This document shows, piece after piece, positions 18,531 through 26,457 of a stretch of 64,000 nt of DNA. The stretch covers positions 32,001 to 96,000 of the IMG/VR virus record IMGVR_UViG_3300032236_001024; one strand, given 5' to 3'. A model generated the notes under the pieces. That model was not told the origin of the DNA. It ran no database searches and saw only the letters and a program-made list of their open reading frames with translations. The DNA comes from a virus. Taxonomy: Duplodnaviria > Caudoviricetes. Each line of letters opens with the position of its first letter. The first letter of the stretch is position 1. The translations under genes were made by a program, and so were the position numbers.

Positions 18531-20407
18531 CTATATACATTCCAAGTGTAAATACTTCAACAGATAGCTTTTTAATGTGGATTAACAATTCCAATAAAGC
18601 TTTCTCTGCTTTAAGTAATAATGCTGTCACCACAAATTCTAATAATGCTATTGGTAATTCTGGAATTACAGGACTATTCACTGCAAATGCTCTATTTGCA
18701 AATATTTCATTTAATATTGGGTATAGCACTCAAAATGTTGTTATGTCTAATACTAGCCTTATATTCAATAGTACATCTACAATTAATACTGTTTATACTA
18801 GAGATGGGTTTACTATTAATACAGCCGGAAGTAATACCAGATATACTGGCGCTTCATTAAGTATTGCTGGCACAACAAATGTTAATAGTACTAACGTAAC
18901 TTCAATTAATGCTACATTTTCTAATACAATTGTTGTTGGTAACACAATTATTACTAGAAGTAATATTACAGCAGATACTATTTCTTTTAAAGCATTTAGT
19001 GCAATTTCAGCATTAAAATTTCCTGGAGTTGAAGCTAATTCATCCTTTGATTATTATGGATTAAGATTAAATTGGACTCCAAGTAATGGTCCACCAGCCA
19101 ATACATTTATAAATGGTCAAGGACTTATTACTAGCGGTGACGTAACTGCAAATAATTTTTATGCTAAAAATAATTTTTATATGAGACAGCCTGATGGTGG
19201 TTATGTAAAAGCCTTTACATTACAAACTACAACCACAACTACTACAACAACTCCTCCTTCAGGACCACCTGTAACAACTACAACTACAAAATCAACAGTT
19301 GTCAATGAATCTAATACTGTTTTTGTAAGTCAAAACAATTATTTCTCATATGGGTTAACTTCAAATGGAAATGTTGGTATTGCTGTAGGTATTCCAGATT
19401 TTAAAGGATTGTCACCATTACATATTGCCAGACAACGTACTAGTGGAATTAAAGCATTAAACACTGATAGTATGGCAGTCATAGAATCGGATACTTTAAA
19501 TACATTTGTTGAATTTAGACATAAGGATTCGGTTGGTTCTTCATCTGGTATGATATTTGTTGATACAAGTCAATCAGGTTATTTGGTATATAATACAAAT
19601 TATGGTTCACAAGGCGGAACATTAAGAGCAGGTGCATACAACGCAATAAATTTTGAAGTTGGTGGTACAGACACATTATTTGCAAATGGTGTCGCAAGCA
19701 AACCAGTAATTATGCAAGTATCTCCATCTTATGTTTCTTCAAACGTAGCACTAAGATTGAATGGTTCTACTTCTAGTTATACAGAACTTGTTTCAAATGC
19801 TTCACCAACTGCAGGTGGAATAAGATTTACATTACCTAGCAACACTGGAACAGCCAATTTTGTTATGACTGCTACTGATGGAGCAGGAAAACTTGGCTGG
19901 GCAAATGCAGCTGTTCTTATCACTGGTTCATCTTTAAGTCTCAATACCTTTACTACTAGTTTAAATGGTGTGATTGGAACTAGTCTCAAAGTTCAAACAA
20001 GTTTAGGTGTAGGAACAGAACCATCTGGCGTAGCTGGCGAAATTCGTGCAACAGATGATATTACTGCATTCTTTTCGTCTGACATATCACTCAAGACAAA
20101 CATTAAACCAATTGAAAATGCTCTTGAAAAAATTGATCAAATAAATGGTGTTTCATTTGATTGGACTGATTCACATCTTATTGAACATGGTGGCGAAGAC
20201 GATTACTTCAATAGAAAGCATGACGTAGGTGTTATTGCTCAAGAAATTGAAAAGGTTCTACCAGAAGTCGTTGGTACAAGAGAAAATGGAATTAAAGCTG
20301 TTAAATATGATAGAATTGTTGCCTTACTTATTCAGGGCATTAAAGAATTGAAGTCGGAGCTTGATGAGGTAAAAAGCAAGAATTGTTGTTCTTGTGGAGG
20401 CAAGTAA
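18527..20407 (+). CDS. Tail fibre with C-terminal intramolecular chaperone (peptidase S74)
   Basis: C-terminal TAFFSSDISLKTNI..I.NAL.KI..INGVSFDW..VGVIAQEIEKVLPEVV..VKYDRIVALLIQGIKEL; N-terminal DSFLMWINNSN anchor-like motif; internal Thr/Pro linker. Confidence 0.85.
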   Translation: MTIYIPSVNTSTDSFLMWINNSNKAFSALSNNAVTTNSNNAIGNSGITGLFTANALFANISFNIGYSTQNVVMSNTSLIFNSTSTINTVYTRDGFTINTAGSNTRYTGASLSIAGTTNVNSTNVTSINATFSNTIVVGNTIITRSNITADTISFKAFSAISALKFPGVEANSSFDYYGLRLNWTPSNGPPANTFINGQGLITSGDVTANNFYAKNNFYMRQPDGGYVKAFTLQTTTTTTTTTPPSGPPVTTTTTKSTVVNESNTVFVSQNNYFSYGLTSNGNVGIAVGIPDFKGLSPLHIARQRTSGIKALNTDSMAVIESDTLNTFVEFRHKDSVGSSSGMIFVDTSQSGYLVYNTNYGSQGGTLRAGAYNAINFEVGGTDTLFANGVASKPVIMQVSPSYVSSNVALRLNGSTSSYTELVSNASPTAGGIRFTLPSNTGTANFVMTATDGAGKLGWANAAVLITGSSLSLNTFTTSLNGVIGTSLKVQTSLGVGTEPSGVAGEIRATDDITAFFSSDISLKTNIKPIENALEKIDQINGVSFDWTDSHLIEHGGEDDYFNRKHDVGVIAQEIEKVLPEVVGTRENGIKAVKYDRIVALLIQGIKELKSELDEVKSKNCCSCGGK

Positions 20408-20410
20408 CGC

Positions 20411-23005
20411 ATGACTATCGCACCAGTAAATGTATCAGCTTCAGTAGTTAGTGATGAAGGTGGCTACGAAAGAAACCCAACAGAACTTAAAAATAATGTA
20501 GTTGTAAATAAAAGACCCTTTTCTTTCGGTCAGCATTGGCCTAATGTTATAGAAAGAGATGGCGATGTTGCATTATCAATGTCAAAATTGAAAAATAAGG
20601 TAGTGGCATATAATGTATATGCTTCTGGGTACAAAGCTGAATATCCTTATAACTCAACTCCAGTAATAAGAATTGGTGATAATGCAACTGACACTGATTC
20701 TGGTTTATTTCCATATATGACTGATAATGATTGGTTTTCAGTAGATGTTGCTTTTGTAGCAGAAACTCAATCAATGATATCTAATGAAGTTTTTAGAGTA
20801 TTTTTTAAATACAACTCAAATGGTTTGAATGATATTCCATATGTAAGCGATACAGTAACTTCAATTGTTGCCAAAGGAACTCAATCAAAAAAAGAATGGG
20901 TTACTTTAGGAGATACTAGAGTAGATTATGGAAATTTAGCTTTTATTAGTAGTGCTTTTGATCCTTATGGTATACCAGTAGGTGATAAAAAAGTAGATAG
21001 TTATGATTTATTACCTGATCCAGATTCTACTTTTTCTTCAATTTACACGTATTGGGTAAAGGTAAGTTTGCCTGGTGCAACAAATGAATTATATAGAAAA
21101 TATCAGGTAATGGATAGAAATCTTAATAGTTATGTTTGGCTTCCAGCATCACGTTCACCTAGTCCAGATTTAAATTATAGTGTATACCAAACTACCGGAA
21201 CAGGGACAACAAAAGCTATAATACCATCTAGTATTGGTGGTGATTTAAATGTTTTTGGTATAAATGAACCTTTACCAAGAGGAAATGCTACAGGTGTGGA
21301 TGGTGTATATCCATATTCTGTTGGTGATTATATTACAAAATTAGAATATAATTCTGATAAAAGATTGCAATATATGACATACCAACTACAAAGTGTTTCG
21401 GGTGCTGATTTAGAACCACAATTTAATCTTGTGTGGAAACAGGGCGAACAATATTTTGACAATTTTGATTCTTTTGTAGTTGCTACCGTTGGTCAACAAA
21501 CTACTTATCCATATCCATTAAAACATTTTACAAAGACAAGAGAAAATGTTCCAGAAAGTTCAACAACTGGTGGAACTATAATATATTCTTTACCAACTCA
21601 GCAATCTGAATATAGCTCATTTGTTGTTGGTCGTAAATATTATATAGAAAATTATGGTGCTTCAAACTATGGAACATTTACAGAATATACAATAACATCA
21701 ACAACAGCTTATACTTCAGCTACATCTTTACCAAAAGCAAATGTTGTTGGTCAAAGAGCTTTAGTAGGAACTGGATTTACTTCTACTTCAAAATATTATT
21801 GGTATACTGTTGAACGAGGCACAACAATAACCTCACCTGTTAATGCTAGTGGAAGTACTATAACAACACCTGTAGTTATTCCTATAAAAATATGGACTAG
21901 ATCAGCTACTTATGTAAATTCAATTTCGACGATAGATAAATTAGTAAAATCTTTACCGTTTGCAGATGAAAATCCTGTTGGAACTATTGTTTATATGGAT
22001 ACTGGTAGAGGTTATTTTGATCAATATAAAGTAGTATTAGCAAATCCTAGTAGTTATGAACCAAATGATCGATATGAAAACTTTGAAAATTATGGAAATT
22101 TTCAAACCAGTTATATTGGTGCGAGCAAATATGCTTATAAAGATGATGATGGAACAATTAAAGGATGCCAATACTATGAATGGAAAGGTAATAATGGAGG
22201 AACAACTAAAAAGAAATGGGTATTAACTGACAATTATGACCCAAATCTAAAAGTTGGTAATCCTATTAATTATGTTGCTGGAACTATCAATGATTTGCCA
22301 GACCCAAATCTATATTCTGTCGGAACTACAGTATTATATACAAATTTTGATCGTATAACGAATTATTATTCGGTCGATCTTGATACATCAAATACTAAAA
22401 ATATTTTATGTAAGGTATTTTATCATCCAAAAAATAAAGAGGTATGGGCATCTGCACAATATACTGGAGCATCTACTACTGCTGCAAATAGAAGATGCCA
22501 AGTAATTATAAGAAGAATACAATATTGGCCCCCAGGAACATCAACAATGGATCAAGATTATCCTGCTTATGCTAGTTATTATGGTTATACTCCATATTAT
22601 ACTAATATTGATCCTAAAATAGTAAGAGTATTTCAAGAAATTGATCATAGAGAACCAGATGAAACAACTGCAAAGGCTTATCAATCCTTACTTTCTAGTA
22701 ATCAAATGACTATAGATGGTATTGCAAATGAAAGAATAAATTTAAATCCAAGTGCAAATCCTTTAAATACTAGAATTTTTAATAGTAATCAAAAGCTTAG
22801 AGTAAAAATGGCTACAAGACTTGCAGCTTACAAATATAATGATCCACAACAATACCCATTGTATCCATGCATAACACATGTTAATTATTATGATGATGTT
22901 AAATGGAATGATCCAAGTCTTGGGTTAGGTTCAAAACCACCAAATAATATTACTACTGTCCCATCTGCCGAATGGACATTCGCCACTCGACCATTTACTG
23001 GATAA
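20411..23005 (+). CDS. Hypothetical 864-aa Tyr/Thr-rich structural protein with short internal LP...VG repeats
   Basis: Long ORF inside the fibre cluster; repeats SLPKANVVGQ, SLPFADENPVGT, DLPDPNLYSVGT. Confidence 0.6.
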   Translation: MTIAPVNVSASVVSDEGGYERNPTELKNNVVVNKRPFSFGQHWPNVIERDGDVALSMSKLKNKVVAYNVYASGYKAEYPYNSTPVIRIGDNATDTDSGLFPYMTDNDWFSVDVAFVAETQSMISNEVFRVFFKYNSNGLNDIPYVSDTVTSIVAKGTQSKKEWVTLGDTRVDYGNLAFISSAFDPYGIPVGDKKVDSYDLLPDPDSTFSSIYTYWVKVSLPGATNELYRKYQVMDRNLNSYVWLPASRSPSPDLNYSVYQTTGTGTTKAIIPSSIGGDLNVFGINEPLPRGNATGVDGVYPYSVGDYITKLEYNSDKRLQYMTYQLQSVSGADLEPQFNLVWKQGEQYFDNFDSFVVATVGQQTTYPYPLKHFTKTRENVPESSTTGGTIIYSLPTQQSEYSSFVVGRKYYIENYGASNYGTFTEYTITSTTAYTSATSLPKANVVGQRALVGTGFTSTSKYYWYTVERGTTITSPVNASGSTITTPVVIPIKIWTRSATYVNSISTIDKLVKSLPFADENPVGTIVYMDTGRGYFDQYKVVLANPSSYEPNDRYENFENYGNFQTSYIGASKYAYKDDDGTIKGCQYYEWKGNNGGTTKKKWVLTDNYDPNLKVGNPINYVAGTINDLPDPNLYSVGTTVLYTNFDRITNYYSVDLDTSNTKNILCKVFYHPKNKEVWASAQYTGASTTAANRRCQVIIRRIQYWPPGTSTMDQDYPAYASYYGYTPYYTNIDPKIVRVFQEIDHREPDETTAKAYQSLLSSNQMTIDGIANERINLNPSANPLNTRIFNSNQKLRVKMATRLAAYKYNDPQQYPLYPCITHVNYYDDVKWNDPSLGLGSKPPNNITTVPSAEWTFATRPFTG

Positions 23006-23017
23006 TGGAAAATAAAA

Positions 23018-23347
23018 ATGTCAATAAAAACAAACTTAATAGTAGATCAAGGCGCAAATTTTGTTTACAATATCTATCTGATAGATGCTGATGGCAATCC
23101 TTTTAACATTTCAAATTATACTGCTAATGCTCAGATAAGAAGAACATATACTTCTTATTCATATGTAACGATGAATACTGCTATAACTGGTGTTTCTGGT
23201 CTTATTACTCTTTCTATGAATGCAGCAACGACAGCCAATCTTACAAATACTCGTTATGTATATGATCTTGAATTGAAGAATAGTGCGAATGTAGTTTCTA
23301 GAATTGTAGAAGGAACTGTAACAGTAAATCTTGGAGTGACACGATAA
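23018..23347 (+). CDS. Ig-like/BppU-like fibre adaptor protein
   Basis: NLIVDQGANF...D.DG.PFNISNYTA.AQIRR..G.ITLSM...TA.L...RYVYDLEL...V.RIVEG.VTV..GVTR, a pattern conserved in T4-like phages. Confidence 0.7.
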   Translation: MSIKTNLIVDQGANFVYNIYLIDADGNPFNISNYTANAQIRRTYTSYSYVTMNTAITGVSGLITLSMNAATTANLTNTRYVYDLELKNSANVVSRIVEGTVTVNLGVTR

Positions 23348-23550
23348 TGCGTGATCAAAGAATTACTGTTACATTATTTAATGGCGTTATAATTACTTTA
23401 GCAAGAACTGTTCCCTTGACGACCACTGTTATCGTCAAGGAAAATAATGGAACTATTGAAACTCTAAATTCACTAAAACAAAGACAGTATGGGCTCTTTG
23501 ATACTCCAACAGTATTGCCTGTAGTTGCACAAGAGCCATTTAGTTTTTAA
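23347..23550 (+). CDS. Small hypothetical protein (67 aa)
   Basis: TAATG-coupled to the adaptor gene; fills the gap exactly up to the glycosyltransferase stop. Confidence 0.5.
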   Translation: MRDQRITVTLFNGVIITLARTVPLTTTVIVKENNGTIETLNSLKQRQYGLFDTPTVLPVVAQEPFSF

Positions 23551-26391
23551 TTACTGAACCTTGAATACAAATGATCCCATGTGATCACAGAGTATTGTTG
23601 GGTCTGCCCAAATCCTAAATCCTTTAGCAGAAGCTTTCCTACAGAAATCCAAATCTTCTGAGAAAGTGTTATTATGATCGATAGCAGATGTATAGACAAA
23701 CTGTGGATAACCAATATCTACCATAACCTGCTTCTTGATTAGAACACATCCAAAACCACATGCTCCTGCTTCAACAAGTTCAGTCTTTCCTCTGAGCTTA
23801 TCATAGGGCATATGAGTATAGCCGCCCATATTATTTCTTTCGAAGATTTCGATAGTCTGGTGTTCATGGAACCTCTGGCGATAAATTCCAGAAACGATAT
23901 CTCTATCATATGAAATGAGCTTTGCCAAAGTATCTGGTGGGAAAGAAACATCATAATCAACTGAGAAAAGATAATCCCAATTTCCTTTGACAATCCAATC
24001 TGCAATCAGATTACGAACCTGATCGACATTGTATCCATAAAAGAACTGGAAATCAGCTTCTACATTAGGAGGCAAAATCTGATCATAGATTGCTTTGAAA
24101 GTTGTAGGCTCAATATTCTTTGCAGTAGGAATAGCGATAAGAACACGCTTCTTCCTCGCTGATTCTATAACATTAGCAGCAATACCAGTTCTTTCCAACA
24201 ACTCACCCATAGTTTCAACCTTTGGCATGTTATCTTGTACCAAAGGAGCTTCTTCTACCTTTTTATTCTTCAACCAATCAGTAAAATTTGTTACACGATC
24301 AACCATATCATCACTCACCTTCTTTTCACTTTGTTTAGTTGTAATTTTTTCTGCGTTTTTGTTTTGAAGTTCGCCATGAACTTTATAATCATTTAGTGGG
24401 TTCTTATCATTGTACATATAAAAAATATCTTGGACAGCAACAACTTTGTTTGGGTCAGCTTGCTCAATGATATTATAGAATGTGGCATTGTCTCCACCAG
24501 CCTTGAACCAGTTACCATCTTCGTCCTTAAAGACAGATTCATCGACAGCCTCAACAAGATTCTTTCTAAATACTCTAAGATGAGGATATGGCATACCCCA
24601 ATTAAACTTGTGTAGACGATATGCTCTGAGCTTTCGAATATGTGATGGATATGGCTGTGCAATCAATGGAATGTTATCAGCCATTGACCAACAACTACCA
24701 TACGCATATTCTGTCTTCTCGTTTGCAAAAAGACTATTGTAATAATTGAAGATGTTGTTATCAGGCATGAGTGCATCATCACCATCAAGCAACATAACAA
24801 TATCATCACTTTCAATGTGCTTGAAAGCTTCTATTTGATTGCGAACTGCGCCTTTATTTTCAAGATTTTTTACGACATAAAACTTGAGTTGCAACTCAAC
24901 AGGATATTTAGAAATGCATCTACGAATTTCTTCATAAGAATTGTCTGTAGAGCAATCATCAATAATAATATGTCTATAGTTATCATAATCCTGTGTAGCA
25001 ACAGAATCAATCATATTTTCGATATAATCTTTGCTGTTATAAAGAGGACTTACAATAACAATTCTTTGTTCATTTCCTTCCTTACGAGTATTCCATTCGA
25101 TATTGTTGCTGAACCTGCGACCAAATACACGATGAACTTTATCATTGATGTATGTTACCTTACGGTATTCATCAACTGGTAAGTAAAGCTTAAAGGTTCG
25201 AAAGAACAACTGCTTCCACTGAAGAGCAACAGTATCCCATGTGCATACATCCTTGATGATGTTACAATGATATTGCTTTTGCTGATGTAAATATCTGTTA
25301 TGATATGCATTCAAAGTCATTTCGACAAAGCGATGTACTTGTACATCTGGATTAATATTTGGAAACAAACCATTTGGCTCAATAGCATAATCAATAAAAT
25401 AAGATGAATTTTCGATAGCTGTTTCTTCCAACGCACCAAAACGAGTAGCAAGGATAGGTACATTATAAGCTAATGCTTCTAGTGTAGAGATACCAAATGT
25501 CTCAGGGAAAGCACCAGGAAAAATAAAGAAAGAAGCTTTAGATAATGTCTCAGCAATTTCCTTCTGAGAAATAATACCAGTAAATTCAATATCAATCTGC
25601 TTATACTTTGGGTCTTTGGAAATTACTTGCCACTTCTTTCCCTGATCATCCAAAGGCGCATCTGAACGAAACTGATAAAAACCACCAATGACTTTAAGCT
25701 TTGCGTTTGGAGCATGTTGCTTGACAGCAGGCCAAATTCTATCAATAAGAGGAATCATTCCCTTGGTCAGGGATGCATTATAAACAAAAAGATTTGGGTC
25801 TTTATCTGCGATGTTTACTTCATCAAAATACTTCACCATACCATTTCTGGTCTGGAAAATTTTATTCTTGAGAACTTCAAAGTTTCTACGATTTCCGTGA
25901 TCACAATTTCCAACATATGATGTATGAAAATCACTGAGCGTGAAAATTTTGTCGATATATCCTTGTACTGCAAGGTCTTCTACATTCTGATCACCATTAC
26001 AGAATGTATCATGCATCCAAAGAATTTTCATCTTTGCATTTTTACGAATACCTTCAAACAATTTACAAGGAAATCTTGTTGCGTGATTGTAAGCTTCATA
26101 GTAGTGCTCTGGAACAAAAGGAACAACAGTTCTAGAAGCAATAATAATATCAAAGTTTTCATCTGGTCTAATACTTTCAACAGGGCGATATGTCACACCA
26201 GCATAGACACCGGACTTGGCATCATCCACATCACAAGCATTAAAGACTGTAACAGGAAAACCAAGGTTTGCTAATTCTTTTGACATAAGAATTACAGCTG
26301 ATTCAGAACCACCCAATCCTTTTTTGGAAAGAGTTGTTCCATCATAAACTAGACCAATAAGATCAAGGATTGCAATAGAAGGATATTTCAT
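23551..26391 (-). CDS. Tri-domain glycosyltransferase: GT-B (GT4-like) + GT-A (GT2-like) + second GT-A
   Basis: GLGGSESAV and FPETFGISTLEALA (E-x7-E) for GT-B; IVIVSPLYN..IDDCSTD..LLDGDD for GT2; VLIAIPT..YLFSVDYD..GFGCVLIKK..SEDLDFC..GFRIWADP..CDH for the third domain; GAGG Shine-Dalgarno at 26397-26400 (minus strand). Confidence 0.9.
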   Translation of the reverse strand: MKYPSIAILDLIGLVYDGTTLSKKGLGGSESAVILMSKELANLGFPVTVFNACDVDDAKSGVYAGVTYRPVESIRPDENFDIIIASRTVVPFVPEHYYEAYNHATRFPCKLFEGIRKNAKMKILWMHDTFCNGDQNVEDLAVQGYIDKIFTLSDFHTSYVGNCDHGNRRNFEVLKNKIFQTRNGMVKYFDEVNIADKDPNLFVYNASLTKGMIPLIDRIWPAVKQHAPNAKLKVIGGFYQFRSDAPLDDQGKKWQVISKDPKYKQIDIEFTGIISQKEIAETLSKASFFIFPGAFPETFGISTLEALAYNVPILATRFGALEETAIENSSYFIDYAIEPNGLFPNINPDVQVHRFVEMTLNAYHNRYLHQQKQYHCNIIKDVCTWDTVALQWKQLFFRTFKLYLPVDEYRKVTYINDKVHRVFGRRFSNNIEWNTRKEGNEQRIVIVSPLYNSKDYIENMIDSVATQDYDNYRHIIIDDCSTDNSYEEIRRCISKYPVELQLKFYVVKNLENKGAVRNQIEAFKHIESDDIVMLLDGDDALMPDNNIFNYYNSLFANEKTEYAYGSCWSMADNIPLIAQPYPSHIRKLRAYRLHKFNWGMPYPHLRVFRKNLVEAVDESVFKDEDGNWFKAGGDNATFYNIIEQADPNKVVAVQDIFYMYNDKNPLNDYKVHGELQNKNAEKITTKQSEKKVSDDMVDRVTNFTDWLKNKKVEEAPLVQDNMPKVETMGELLERTGIAANVIESARKKRVLIAIPTAKNIEPTTFKAIYDQILPPNVEADFQFFYGYNVDQVRNLIADWIVKGNWDYLFSVDYDVSFPPDTLAKLISYDRDIVSGIYRQRFHEHQTIEIFERNNMGGYTHMPYDKLRGKTELVEAGACGFGCVLIKKQVMVDIGYPQFVYTSAIDHNNTFSEDLDFCRKASAKGFRIWADPTILCDHMGSFVFKVQ

Positions 26392-26407
26392 AACTACCTC
26401 ACGGTTT

Positions 26408-26415
26408 CATAAATA
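26408..26415 (+). promoter_or_regulatory. Late-promoter-like CATAAATA facing the first collagen-like fibre gene
   Basis: NATAAATA motif 43 nt upstream of the ATG at 26458. Confidence 0.6.
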
Positions 26416-26430
26416 AAGGGATCATGTGTA

Positions 26431-26438
26431 TATTTATG
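26431..26438 (-). promoter_or_regulatory. Late-promoter-like CATAAATA on the minus strand facing the glycosyltransferase
   Basis: TATTTATG on the plus strand, 40 nt upstream of the glycosyltransferase ATG. Confidence 0.6.
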
Positions 26439-26457
26439 TTCAAAAAATGGGAACGAT

